A stretch of DNA of 64,000 nucleotides, taken from NCBI GenBank assembly GCA_002269645.1, contig NIVC01001183.1:200223-264222 (forward strand). Direction: 5' to 3'. The DNA comes from Macrostomum lignano. Taxonomy: Eukaryota. The number at the start of each line of letters is the position of its first letter. Positions within the stretch are counted from its first letter, which is position 1. A program made the position numbers and the translations under genes. Below, piece by piece: positions 1-17,000 of the stretch. The notes under the pieces were generated by a model. It had not been told where the DNA came from. It saw only the letters and a list, made by a program, of their open reading frames with translations, and did not search any database.

Positions 1-2599
1 AGAAGCTTGTTTTGTTTGAGTTCCAAGGGGTTTCTAAGTTTTCAGGTGAACTGAAGGTTCAGTCTATTGTGGAATGTGAGTTGGTTGTTGTTTTGGTTTT
101 AGTGAGTCAATATATCAGTTTTAGTATTTGGGTTAGGACCCTAACTGTGTCAATCAAAAGTAGTCAGAGGAGGTAAGCTAGAATGGCAAGGAGGAAAAGA
201 GAGGTGGAAGAGAAGGCAAGGCCAGGCGAGCTTCTTGCTTGGTTAACATGGGTTTTTATAGTACTTTTCAGTCTTGATTGCATTGGATGGTACATAGCTG
301 CTTTTCATTGGTTGAGGTTGGGATCGTGTCCTCAGCTTTTGCTAGTTGGAGTGCATTCATTGGTTAGAATACATTCAATCTGAATGGGAACTTTATAGAG
401 CCAAAATGTGTCACTTCACTAATATATATACATAAGTGCTAAAATTATACTAGTGGCCACATGAATAATTATACAATTAATTTAGTTTTAAATGAAAATG
501 CAACTTAGTTTTACAAATTACCTAAAAACAAAATAAAAATCTTAAATCCATTATCAGACTTTGGCTAAAATCATCTAGAATAGTCTAAGTTATTAATCTT
601 CTTCTTAAGTTTATATAAGCAATGTGACAGTAATTAGTTATGGCAAAAATAACTTTGGCCTAGTTGGCTCTAAATATGACCTAATAAAGTCATACCATAC
701 ACAATTAGGTCATGATATTCTATTGGATATATAAAAGAACAAAGGAAAAAAGCCACATTGACAAAGACTTTCTCTAAGGGCTGCATTCCTTTGATTAGCA
801 CTCCTTGTCTTTCTGAAGGTTATCTTCCAGTTAATACTCTTCCTAGTCCTGAAATCCATTCAATTGTATTGAATGATATATACATCATTTGAAATGCTTA
901 AAAGTTTGGAATTAGACTAATTTGACAAACAAATTAACAATTCAACACTTTTACTTGAACTGGAACTCAAAACAAAGTATATCCAACAAATTGGACTACA
1001 ATTGAAAATTATTTCTTATACTTATACTTTCTCTAGATAAAATACTAATAGTGCAATCTGTAATACAATGCAAAAAATTATACATGTTGTCTTTGAATGA
1101 CAAGTTACAATAATAACATAAACTTGGTCTTCTCATAAGAAAAAGTCATGCTTTTGGAAAAGCTATTCTTTTTGCAAGATTGAGGAATGCATGTATTACA
1201 ATTGTAAATTATTAAATATATTGAAAATAAATTTTACATAAATAATTTATGATTGACCTATCAGTTCTGCAGGAAAGATTTGTCAAAGAATATTCATATA
1301 CATTTTGCTTGATCTCATTAAAGAGCAGTTCCTGGATCTGATTTGAATTGTGTTGTCTTCTACAAGATAATTGGAACTACTTGTCTATTTAGCTATATTC
1401 TGAATTGAAATCTACTGGCATTCCTTTACATTGATGCTATGGGCTCAATAATTAATCCAATTTATACATCTGGACAACTCATATTATATAGAATTATAAC
1501 CATAGCAACCAGTGCAACAAATCTAGTTCTAGTAAAACTATTGTTTCTTACTAATTCATATTCTTTGGCTTTCATTTTCTATTCACTAAAACTTTTTTAT
1601 CATGGGTTGCTCAAAGTAAAATCAAATTCGCATTGGCATTTAGATCTTCCTATTGTTTTTGTTATTGATTTTTATGGGCTAACATATAATTTGCAAAATG
1701 GCAACATATCTTAATCTGCACTTTAATTACTTTGAAAAAGTAAGAACCCTGTTTGCAAAATGTTTTTTCTTGGTGCAAATCATTTGATTAATCATTAAAT
1801 AAGCAAGCAAAGTGATTGAAAGTTTGTGATTAGACAAGGATAGTCTTTATAAAACTTTATTAAAAGGCTGAGGCTTTGATATAGCTCATGACAAATATCC
1901 TTGTCAAAAATGTCAACATCTCCTAATGAAGCTAGACAAAAAATTGATTGATATATAGGAAGGAAAATCAACTATCCTTTTCTTCCTTCTTGATCAATCT
2001 GATTAAAGCCTAGATTGATGAAGCAATGAAACAAACTAATAAAAAGGTAAAGATTCAACAACAGAAAAATTGAAAACAGAGTATTATTAAACAGTTCTCT
2101 ATTTTATGACAATTTTAAACAGTTATTTGATAGTACTTTAGCTTATGAGAACTTATCCTATGAAGTCAGTTATCTTTTTTATTTTCTTGTGATAATGGAA
2201 ATATTATTTGTCTGCTACTTGTCCCTGCTACCACTTTGGGCTTTGTTTTTTTAGACTACAGCATCATTAGTCAGCAGTACAAATGCAAAATCCTGTTATT
2301 CTAATGCATATATAGAGGTTGGTTTGGAATAGTGAAAAGCAAGTGCCACACTAGTTTGATATTCTTGATTTTTTGTTCCTATATTATATTCTCTAGAAAA
2401 AAGTGGATAAAGCTTTCATATTCCTTAGAGTTCCTCAACCTAAATTTATAACAAAGTAAACTGGCACAACAATAATAGAGAATTGTGTAATAGAAAGATG
2501 GAGGAAAAAGAAATAATATAGCAGGGGATATGTCAACAACATAGGCAAAAAATTCTTTTCTAAACTTCTAAACTTAGGTCACCAAGCTTAGACAACTAC

Positions 2600-4000
2600 G
2601 CTAGATTGAGATTTTATCTCACTATGGTATACCTACTGCACTGGTAAGCATAGTGATGGCCCTCTACTATGACTCTAAGCTTTTATCATGTCAAGCGACA
2701 GCCCCACAGAAGAGTTTGCCACTAGTTCAGGCATCCTTCAGGGCAACATGCTGGCTCCTCTGCTCTTCCTTGTGGTTATAGACTACATGCTTTGTTGGTC
2801 CCTCCCTGAGGATAATAGCTACTTGCTAGTCTCACACTGAAGCTCTAGATATCCTACTGTTTCATTTCCTACTTTGGCATATGCTGATGACATTGCGCTG
2901 CTCTGCTATAATCTAGCTGCTACCCAACATGCTCTCACAAAGCTCTGCAATGAGGGTGCCCATGTTGGGCTGCTAGTAAATGCTCACAAGACAGGTGTTG
3001 CACATGGGCACAAATACTGTCCCAACTCTAATGCCACCTAATGGAGACCATATTGCAGTGTGCAAGGACTTCCAGTACCTTGGCACCCTGCAGCGTCCTA
3101 TGGAAAGGGCCTATACACTTGTCATTTATAATGCTTAGAGATGTTTCAAGATATTGATTTTGATTTTCCTAAATTCAGAATTTTTACAAGTGAATAACAA
3201 ATTAAAAAAAATTGAAAGTCAAAATTTTGTTGTGTCTAAAAAGTGACTAAAAATAAACTAAATTCTGCTACATATAAATGCATTTTGTTTTGCATAAGCA
3301 GTGATTCAAAAGTAAAAAAGTTAGATTTGGTTGCATTAAACAACTTTGTTTTTCTAAAATTTGATTTTAGAAAATTTTGATTTTGATTTTGGAAAGTTAT
3401 TGAATTTTGATTTTGATATAAAATGCTCCTTTGGAACATCTCTAATAATGCTAAAGTGTGGTAAAATAATTTGACTCTATTCTAAAGTGCACATATGCGG
3501 GTTTTCAACATTTATTCTAATAGGGCTAGTGATAAGCCCTAATGTGATTGTCTCCAACAAGAGGAACCAGGCCTAGTGCGCCACACATTTCCTCAGGAAC
3601 ATTTTTAATTCAGCTGCCAGAGACAACCTGAAGGTGTGCCTGTTTGCGCGGCTGTTGAGCCAATCCTGCTATATGGCATGGAGGCTGTGCTGCTGACTGA
3701 AATGCGAGAGTGAGCCTGGATGCACTTTACTGCTTGCTACTACACTATGCGCTGGGTATGCACTACCCAGATTGCCTGCTGACCAATGCTCTAATAGCCC
3801 ACACTGGAACTCTGCCCCTGAGTGCTACCTTGCACCAACGCCGCTAGATGCTACTGGGCCACTGCCTAAAGACCTTGGGTCGCGGTGCATCTATCCTTCT
3901 AGCCTTGGCCATGTAGCACCAGCCAACCAAGCAATTGCGCCATTGCCAGGCTTGCAGGTGCTTTAGCTGACCCCTTAGGCTGCTGCTGCCTGCCCTTCCT
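2600..4000 (+). mobile_element. Decayed, 5'-truncated non-LTR retrotransposon (RTE-like reverse transcriptase and C-terminal region), interrupted by a MITE at ~3100-3526
   Basis: Hand translation gives ILSHYGIP..., SGILQGNMLAPLLFLVVIDYML, AYADDIALL (YADD catalytic motif), GLLVNAHKT and DFQYLG. After the insertion it continues with KVCLF...AVEPILLYGME...HQRR*MLLG. In-frame stops and frameshifts are present, and a (TA)n tract follows at ~4047. Confidence 0.9.
3100..3526. mobile_element. Composite MITE copy 1 (one end truncated), containing a hAT-like inner MITE at 3136-3444
   Basis: Inner TIRs TAGAGATGTTTCAA / TTGGAACATCTCTA with perfect 8-bp TSD ATAATGCT (3128-3135, 3445-3452). The outer end ...TTTATTCTAATAGGG matches the copies at 42441 and 44778 in reverse orientation. 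Confidence 0.85.
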
Positions 4001-4046
4001 ACCTGTTCTGCAAGCGCATATATGCAAGGGGCCTCCTTTTGCATTC

Positions 4047-4095
<49 letters not shown>
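4047..4095. repeat. (TA)n microsatellite
   Basis: Direct reading. Confidence 0.95.
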
Positions 4096-4100
<5 letters not shown>

Positions 4101-4695
4101 ATATAGATAAAGGAAATCAACATTGTACAAGGCAGAAAAAATTAAAAAACAAGGGAGATTAGATGGTCTAGATAATCTAATAGTAGCTTAACTTTAGCAT
4201 CTTATCAAGATAAGAACATTAGTTTTTCTCAAATAGTTCTTGAGCATAAAGTTTTGAGTTTGGTTTGAGTTATTATAGTTGATTAGTTTAAATAAAATAC
4301 TGCATATCAGTTTTCAATGACAGAGAAATAGAAGTAGGCCCCTACTTGAAATTAAATATCAATCTAATATATTGTGGAAATAAGAAAGTATCAGTTTTTT
4401 TGCAAATTGAAAAAACCCTTTTAATTTGTTGCCATGGTCTTTTCAAGTCTATTTATTTTATAAATAATATTTTTAAATAAAAAATCTGTGCATTTGATTT
4501 GGTATTTTGAATTAAAAATAGAGATTATTACTATTTTCAAATATCAATCTAAAATATCACTTGGGAAATCTCTACATAGTTTTAGTCATTTGAATGAATG
4601 TTATTTATTATATTATATATAAGCTTATATAGGCCCTATGCATATTTTTATTTTTATAGACTAATTATTTTATTTAAAAAATGGATTTCAGAATT

Positions 4696-5474
4696 AGAAC
4701 TGCTTATCCCCATTGACCCATAGTCCTATGCCAATAATTCTAATTTTATTCACACAGATCTATGTTGATAATTTCCAGCTTCACCCCATGACAGCTTATT
4801 GAAATAGCTGCCACTATTCAAGTCTATAGGCTATGTCAATAATTATAATTTTATCCACATGGATCTGTGTTAATAACTTTTTAGCTTATCCCTACAGCTA
4901 AGATTGTGCAATTGTTTGTATTTAGTTTTGTGTACTGACATTAAATGTTGCTACGTATTAGTTTTTTGTAATATATATGGTGTAGCTTAAAGTAATTGTA
5001 ACTACAATGTTGTGTGACTTTCCATTGAAGCCATAATGTGAAAGTGTCATTTTACCATTTAGCTAACTCTTCATCCAAAATCAATATTGGTATTATTTAG
5101 TATTATTATCATTATTATTACAATTAGAATTTTGAATTTTGCAAGTCTTATTTGCCTTGATCTTAGGGTTGTTTAGTTGTTGTAAACAAAGTTTGCAGCT
5201 AAGCAAATATTTAAAATTAATCCTTTTAACAATAGAAAAGTTTTAACAAAGTATTTGATACTATTTTATTTAGTATTCAGGACAATAGTTTTTTGGAAAT
5301 TGGAAGATTTATAAACCATTTGAAAGACCATTTTTGAACAGATTCATTTTAAAGTTCTTTATTCTAATAAGCTGCCATGGAGACAAGCTAGAAATTATCA
5401 ACATGGATTTATATGGATAAAATTAGAATTAGGCCTATTAGCATAGGACCATGGGCATGGGGATAAACATTTCC
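4696..5474. mobile_element. Old MULE/foldback-like non-autonomous element with ~100-bp TIRs
   Basis: Degenerate inverted repeats start ...TGCTTATCCCC and end GGGGATAAACATTTCC. The 9-bp direct repeat TTCAGAATT lies at 4687-4695 and 5475-5483. Termini resemble the element at 45991. Confidence 0.75.
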
Positions 5475-6068
5475 TTCAGAATTATATCTTGTCTCATCTC
5501 ATCCTATCTTTAGTTCCTTTGCTTGACTTATAACCCTTTTTGTCTCAAAAATATCTCAAATTTTAATAGCTCTAAAAGTTATATCAAAAATACTAATAAA
5601 ATTTTTTTTTGGCAAAAATGGTCATAGTGCTTATAGCCCCTGCCCTAATACTTAATACTAGCCTTATATTAGACCTAATAATAGGCAAAATACATTACAA
5701 AAAGTTAAATAAAAAGTTTAACTATTTTTTTAACTAGTATCAGGCCTAGTAAGAAATAAGTTGTCTTTTTATTCAAGCAAATGAGATTAGGCCCTAATAA
5801 AATTGAATAAATTGTAAAAACTTTTAAATCTCACTGGAGTCCATACAGCTAGGGTTATAGCCTAGGCAAGGTCTGGAATAAAATGATATAAATCTACTTC
5901 TAGGGTAGGCCCTAACGCCTAAAACTGAAACTAGGCTAAGGACAAGACAAGGCTCGATGTTAAGTAGGCCCTAACCTAATGAATCTAGGCCTAATCTAAC
6001 TAAAAAAATAAAAAAACGATATATTTGAAAAGCCATTTAAAAATAGATCAAGCACTAGCTGGATATAC

Positions 6069-6801
6069 GAGGGCTGATAATTGACAGTTGAAGCCATAAG
6101 CCGGAACGTGATCTGGTCCAATCCTTGCGAATAGGCTTAAAGTTAAATTGAAAAGTTGACTTCCATAGTCCAAATATAGAGCTAGGTTCAATGAACGTAC
6201 GTGCGTGTGTGTTACCGGGTGTTAGTAAAACAAATTCTTGACTTTGAAAAACTCCTGAAATCGTACATGTCGTAAAAAATTAATCTTATTTAATTTAATA
6301 AGATAATTCGATTTTCTAATATTTCCGGACTTTACTTTCAAAGCTTCACTAGAAACTATGCTGTTTTAACTATTTTTTTCTTCTTTTTGATCACAATCTT
6401 GAGCTGAGCGCCAAATATAGTACTAATTTCATAATCCGCAATAGTGAAGAGATTTGAATTAAAAGAAGTTATTGATATTTACTAGAGCAGAACCGTGTCA
6501 TCATCCAATGCCTGAAAAAAGTGAGTATTTTCAACAGATTGGTTCAGATTGTAAATTGAACGTTTTGTATAAATCCACGTATACAAATGACCAGCTCTAT
6601 ATCCCTATCCAAAGCACAGAGATTATTTAAATTTTTGCTTAAGATGTTCGCCAGCTGTAATAGTGTCTGAATTTCACTTTATTTATTAAATTTGGGTTTT
6701 AAGTGGATAAAAATCGAAATAATCCTGGTTTACCACCTCACTTACCGTATTTTCTGTGGTTCCTTAGACACTTCGATTGTCATCTTACCACTTCCAAGCA
6801 T
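6069..6801 (-). CDS. Probable first two coding exons of an unidentified minus-strand gene (6801-6746, 6135-6069); further exons likely lie toward the window start, e.g. 1359-1258
   Basis: ATG...MLGSGKMTIEVSKEPQKI cg|GTAAGT donor. The phase-matched acceptor TTTAACTTTAAG|c gives RLFARIGPDHVPAYGFNCQLSAL|GTATAT. No homology recognised. Confidence 0.45.
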
Positions 6802-6868
6802 CCTAAAACCATGGTCCCTTTGTCAGCTGGATGACGAAGTGGTAAGATGACGAAGTGTCCAGGAACCA
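6757..6868. repeat. Imperfect inverted repeat (arms 6757-6794 and 6836-6868)
   Basis: TGGTTCCTTAGACACTTCGATTGTCATCTTACCACTTC versus the reverse complement of GAAGTGGTAAGATGACGAAGTGTCCAGGAACCA. Confidence 0.85.
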
Positions 6869-7739
6869 TTTGCCATTGCCCAAACGAGTATGTTATATTG
6901 TAACTTAACCCCGTCCATAGTCTTTAACCCCTAGTCAGTGATTTGTAACTGCTGTAGAGAAAATTCAGCCACTATCATGCCAAAAACAAAATTGAGTTCT
7001 TCGACAGTGCTTTGAATTTTTTCGGACTTGCCATTTGTATTAATATTATATATATGTTACCGAAACGAGCGAAACAGAAAAAAAGTAAAGTGTTTACTTT
7101 TTGAGTTAATTACTGGAGGAATAAGAAAAAATGAATTTTTGCTGTAATAGATATAGAGATGTCAAATATTTGGCAAAATTTATATTATAACTTTTACTGT
7201 ACTTACAAAGACAGCATTACATTAGCGCATACAACTCGACGCTGCATGTACCTCGTTTGACTTTTCGGGTGCATTATTGTCTACTTATAGTAGGGTATGA
7301 GCACTCGAAATGTACTTTGTTGATAAGCTATTTCACTGTATTTAAAAATATCGTTCTTCAATATCGTCTGAGATCCTGTAGCCTGCAGCTGCCCGATTTT
7401 ATATCCGTCTAAACATGCTCCCTTTTTTCAAATGGCAATTCCAATTATATTTAACGCTTTTTGGAATATTTTACAGTCGTCAGTATAGATAATTATAGTC
7501 AATATTAAGGTCACAAAAATGAAGCTTTAGCTATATTCATCTTTGAGTTTTATCCAAAAACATGTATTGGATTCCTAAACTGCCGAATGGTCTGGCAAAG
7601 CCACATTTGTCATTAGCTGACTCAATTAGCTAGCTGGCAGTTTGCACTTAAAAAAGCTTTCCACGCGACTGATGGTGCCAATTCCATTTTCCAACTTTGT
7701 GGAGTCTGCTGCAAGGGGGCTAAAAGCTTCAATTTATTG

Positions 7740-7754
7740 GTTGCCAATGGCAAC
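7740..7754. promoter_or_regulatory. RFX X-box-like palindrome GTTGCCAATGGCAAC
   Basis: Perfect GTTGCC-N3-GGCAAC palindrome upstream of, or within, the unidentified + gene. Function not shown. Confidence 0.3.
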
Positions 7755-8165
7755 ACGCGAGGAGCAGAGTTATCGAGCGCTGCTGCTGGGGAGGGGGGAA
7801 GCAAAGGGAAAATTGTTGAAAAGCCACAGTTGGTTACGCGAAGGGATGGAGATTAGAGACCCTCTGCTTCCAGGCCTCGGAGCAAAATCTTCACAAGTAC
7901 AAGGCTTAAAGATTCATTGTCAGATATCACAATACTTTCATTGTCTGCTGGGACACTTCAGAAGCTATAGCTTTTAGTCTTCTTTACGCACAATTTCAGT
8001 TTTTTGTGGCCATTAACCCCTTCCCCACATAGAAAATTCTGCTTTTTATTGCAAGGCAGTCATCCCATTTTCTTCCCTCAAAGCGCGCATGCTGATAGAT
8101 ACCATCCTGCTTTCCAAATCCGTTATATATATATATATCATATATAACTCTGCGAACTCCCATAG

Positions 8166-12114
<3,949 letters not shown>

Positions 12115-12158
12115 CAAATCAATTCACTCACTCTCTCGGTTGGCAAACTGTTATATTA

Positions 12159-13629
12159 TTAACTAAAATATCTTCTCCTAGAAGCTTCTCTGTGTTTGCT
12201 TGCTTGATATTCATCCAATTGGGAAATGTCCTCAACAAACGAGTCGGCTCTGTCAAGGAAGAAGTCGGTCTCCAGCATGTCTTTCGCTAGGAAGAGCTCC
12301 GTCATGGTGCCAGGGCGACGGGCGTCAGTGCTGAGTACGAGTTTGTTGAGTGTGCCGCTGTGCATTATCGGGGAAGATTAGAGATTGGGAGAGATAGGAT
12401 TAGAGTTATTGAGGGTGGATGAGATTAGATTATAGTAGATGGGAGTAGACGAAAACAGGTGGGAGAAGATGGGAGTAGATGGGAGTAGATTGGAGTAGAT
12501 GGGAGTAGATTGGAGTAGATGGTGGTAGTGAGAGTAGATAAGAGTAGATGGGACTAGGTTAGAGTAGATGAGAGTATATGGGAGTAGGTGAGAGTAGATG
12601 TGAGTAGGTGAGAGTAGGTAAGAGCAGATGTGAGTAGGTGAGAGTAGATTAGAGTAGATAGGAGTATGTGAGAGTAGATGAGAGTAGTTTGGAGTAGATG
12701 AGAGCAGATGAGAGCAAATGTGAGTAGGTGAGAGTAGATGGGAGTAGTGTGAGTAGATAAAAATAGATGAGAGAAGGTGAGAGTAGATAAGAGTAGATGG
12801 GAGTAGGTGAGAGTAGATGAGAGTAGGTAAGAGCAGATGTGAGTAGGTGAGAGTAGATTAGAGTAGATAGGAGTATGTGAGAGTAGATGAGAGTAGTTTG
12901 GAGTAGATGAGAGCAGATGAGAGCAAATGTGAGTAGGTGAGAGTAGATGGGAGTAGTGTGAGTAGATAAAAATAGATGAGAGAAGGTGAGAGTAGATAGG
13001 AGTAGATGGGAGTAGGTGAGAGTAGATGAGAGTAGATTAAGAGGATAGTATTTAATAGGAATTTAGGAGTAAATTTAGGAATAATTAATGAATAGAATGC
13101 AAATGGTTGAGGATTAGAAAACATGATTACGGGATTTTGTGCAACTCCTCCCATATCTTAAGTCACTCAAAAAATCAGGAACACATTTAACTTAAGCAGG
13201 TGTGCCCACGAAGCGAGGCGAGATAGGGAGAGAGATTGCATGGAACTGATTAGTGAAGAGTGACCAGATTACAATGCGTCAATTAAGATGAAAGGATATA
13301 AAATCAGAATATACGATGTATTGTATTAGAAGTCTATTGCTCACCACAATTAAAAGCAATTACGTGTATTAGCACAAAAGTACAATTTTTTCAAACTTAT
13401 CCAGTTTATCCTCATTACGGCCTATAATATTCTAAATATAGTTTATATGGTATAGTATAAATCCAATTGAATTAGTCAAATTTGAAAATTTGAATTTTCT
13501 GGTGTACCCAAGTCCAGAGTATATAACGATATCTAACGACATATCTAAAAGTGAGAGTTTATATTGCCATGCCCCGCAACCATTTGTCTCTCCATTTTTT
13601 TCTTGCGTTGAATTTCTTTTTTTAGGCAT
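12159..13629 (-). CDS. Small two-exon orphan gene (13629-13508, 12357-12159), 106 aa, head-to-head with MYCBPAP
   Basis: MPKKRNSTQ...DIVIYSGL gg|GTACAC ... ATGCACAG|c GTLNKLVLSTDARRPGTMTELFLAKDMLETDFFLDRADSFVEDISQLDEYQASKHREASRRRYFS*. The phase 2/2 join gives 321 nt. Exon 2 looks coding, but the donor is weak. Confidence 0.55.
12378..13040. repeat. Degenerate ~10-bp GAGTAGATGA-type array with a higher-order ~240-bp duplication
   Basis: Direct reading; it fills much of the intron of the small minus-strand gene. Confidence 0.9.
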
Positions 13630-14017
13630 TTTTCATCTCTCTTTGCATGCGTATACGGAGTTTAAATAATACGATTTGAGCTCAAAAGTCTGAGAGAGAG
13701 AGAGAGAGAGAGCGTTTGAACGTATAGTTTTGTCTGTCGGGCAGTTTCGCTCTAACTCTAACTCAAGGGGGAGGGGGTGGTTGCATGTACACCTGACCTG
13801 CTCCAGCAAATTCTGTACATTTAATTGTTCATTTATTCGCTCGCTCACTTCTATACCCCGCCTTTCCACTCGGCCGTTGCCATTGGAGCTTGCGTGGTTA
13901 TTTTCGTTATATTTTGGCGCGAGTTTAAATTTTGCATTTTTTCTCGGTTGACTAAACCAGATTGAAAATCAAATTTAGTTTTTAGTTTTAAATGCAGATT
14001 TTAAAAATCAAACAATC
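13630..14017. promoter_or_regulatory. Probable bidirectional promoter / 5' UTR interval
   Basis: 388 bp between divergent ATGs. It contains a (GA)n tract (~13692) and a GTTGCCAT RFX half-site (13876). Confidence 0.4.
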
Positions 14018-17000
14018 ATGTCAAAGCAAGGTAGCACAAGCAGACGTGTGTCTGTTGCTCCAAGTGAGTTTTTGGAAAAAAATAATCTATTTTGCAGAAT
14101 TTCTTTTTATGTCGTTAAGTCATATTTCTCTCATGTCCTCTTTCGTGTCTATATGCATGCATACCCAGGCACAAAATTGCAATGGTCTATTACTACCATA
14201 TTTGCAGAGAAACTGGTTACTAAGGAAGCAGAAATCCCGGATGGTACACACACACGCGCCCAAACTTTTTAATATAGATTTTTGTGCTGCTTGTGTTTAC
14301 ACAGTTCCTTCTTTTTTGTTAGACTTTTTATTACCTCTGACTGTTCTGACAAAGTTTTATTGCCTCCTGTGCAATCAGAATCAATCATAAATCTTCACTG
14401 GATTTCACTGAATAGCCTATATTTTTTGTGCTACTATAAACATGCACTTTTCTAGAATTCAGTGTGTAAGTTATTGGGATAGCTCGCGCCGTACTGTGAG
14501 AGCCTTCTTTGCATGTGTAAGTGTGAGAGTGTGTCTGTGATGTCTTTCTGAAAATATCTATATTTTAAGCTGATGTCGTTACACCCACAGACAGTCAGTG
14601 GGCTGATGCTATCACACCCGTAGACAGTCAGTGGGCTGATGCTGTCACACCCATAGACAGTAAGTGGGCTGATGCTGTCACACCCATATAGACAATCAGT
14701 GGGCTGATGCTGTCACACCCATAGACAATCAGTGGGCTGATGCTGTCACATCCATATAGACAATCAGTGGGCTGATGCTGTCACACCCATAGACAGTCAG
14801 TGGGCTGATGCTGTCACACCCATAGACAGTAAGTGGGCTGATGCTGTCACACCCATATAGACAATCAGTGGGCTGATGCTGTCACACCCATATAGACAAT
14901 CAGTGGGCTGATGCTGTCACACCCATAGACAATCAGTGGGCTGATGCTGTCACATCCATATAGACAATCAGTGGGCTGATGCTGTCACACCCATAGACAA
15001 TCAGTGGGCTGATGCTGTCACACCCATATAGACAGTCAGTGGGGCTAAACTTCAGTTATAAATCCTTCAGAAACAGTTTCCCGAATTTTCTTGCACTTTT
15101 CAGGAATTCTTGAAGAGTCAGAAGACGAAACAGGCGATGGTGAACGATTCAATAGGAATCCATTTAATTGCAATCACATTTTTAAATTAAAGACAGAACT
15201 TTTTTTATTTTAGATGTAGAATTCTAGGAATTTCAAAAAATCAATTACGTCATCACTTCACTGCATGCGGTGGGTATTTGAGGCCCTAATTGTGTCCTTG
15301 GAGCTTTTCCTAAATCATCTGAATCGATCACAAGCAAATGAACTACCTTTTTCTTGCTTCACTACTTTTAGTAGTTAAAAAATACTGAATACTAAAAAAA
15401 CCGTAAAAACCCTGCCACCACACCCGCCGCCTCGGCGCAGACAAGAAGCAGAAGCAGAAACGGGACGGAAATTCGCCGGACAAAGAGGAGGACGCCAACT
15501 CGACGGCCGAGACGCAGCGAAGGAATGTCATCTTCAATGAGGAGATCGCCAGGTTGCAGGTCAAGGAAGAGGACCTGACCAATGTGAGTACTGGACTGTT
15601 TGGTCAACGTATTTGGTCTTCTATTGGCCCAACCCATTAGAGATGCCTATGAAGACGAGAAAGTCAGGGCCGCTGTACACCCTGCGTGATCCGGTGTCAG
15701 TGGAATTGACCATGACTGCCGGTCTCTTCGCTAGCTGCTGCGGTCCGACTGTCGCCTTGACATTCTTCATTTTCCCCAAAGCAATCGCCGACCCATCTTC
15801 CCCCCCAGCTGTCCAAGCGAGACGCAGCCGCTGCCGCCGCCGCGGCCGCCGAAGCCTACCAGAAGGTGGCGGTGCGCCGCGAGATCCCCGAGGCGGAGCG
15901 CCGGCCGCTGTTGAAACGAATTGGCCTCCTGCGACGGGCGCCACCGGACGCGCCGCTGAAGGCTTCGGACGCCGCCGCCCACATGGGCCCGCGATTCGAC
16001 GATCACGGCCGGCTGATTCCGCACAGCATCCTGGGCAGCCCCGAGGAGTTCTATCGTCTGGCCGTGCTCAAAGGCCAGCTCAGCCAGGAAGACGTGCCGG
16101 AGGCGTTCAAAACGCCCCGACCAGTTGGCACAAGCGGCGGGGCCGGCGGCGACACGGGAAGGCTGTCGGTGAAGTACGCCAAGAAGCCGCCAACCGGGGG
16201 CTTCCCGTTCCCAGCTGAAGATCTGGGAGCCGAGGAGAGCGCCGCCCTGCGCAATTGGGAGCGCCAGATGACCGAGAGGAAACGCCAGCAGGGATACATT
16301 TCCAGTTCGTTTAAACTTTTTAAAAAACGATGGTGATGCACATTGCACTATTTATCATGTAATGGAATGTTTTCAATATCACTTTCATTTTCACAATCCT
16401 CCAGAGCTGCTGCACAGACCGCCAAGTGAGCTGGTGATGAACATGGGCGAAGAGGAGAGAACTCTGCACGAAGAGAAACATCTAATTGATCGGGCTATTC
16501 CGTTCTACGACTACGGGAAGGGATGTAAGTTTCATTTTTGACTGTAACAAGGTTCAAGACATTGTTAGTTTTAGTTCATTTTACTGTATGATCATGCAAA
16601 CAGCGCGTGCAACAACCCCATCCCACCCTCCGCCAGCCACATAGTCACGCAAACAATGCGTGCAACAACCCCAACCCACCCTCCGCCCCGCCACCCAATC
16701 ACGCAAACAATGCGTGCAACAACCCCAACCCACCCTCCGCCCCGCCACCCAATCACGCAAACAATGCATGCAACAACCCCAACCCACCCTCCGCCCCGCC
16801 ACCCAATCACGCAAACAATGCGTGCAACAACCTCACCCCTGCACTCTCCACCATGAACTCCAGACCGAGTCGGCAGTGAATTCTGGAACCAGGCCGGACG
16901 TATCGGAGACGAAGAGAGCGGAATCCAGTAAGACTTCTTGTTATAAATGTACTTCTTTCTCTAATGAGCAATTTAGCCCAGCTAACTAATTACATGTGGC

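Noticed and set aside
183-383. 66-aa + strand membrane peptide
   Set aside because: It is isolated with no splice support; the opposite strand offers an equally weak hydrophobic-tail reading, so neither can be supported.
6487-6526. + strand exon ending AAAAAA|GTGAGT as the start of the orphan + gene
   Set aside because: The donor is good, but there is an in-frame stop just upstream, no clear start, and it would lie inside the first intron of the putative minus-strand gene. Left unresolved.
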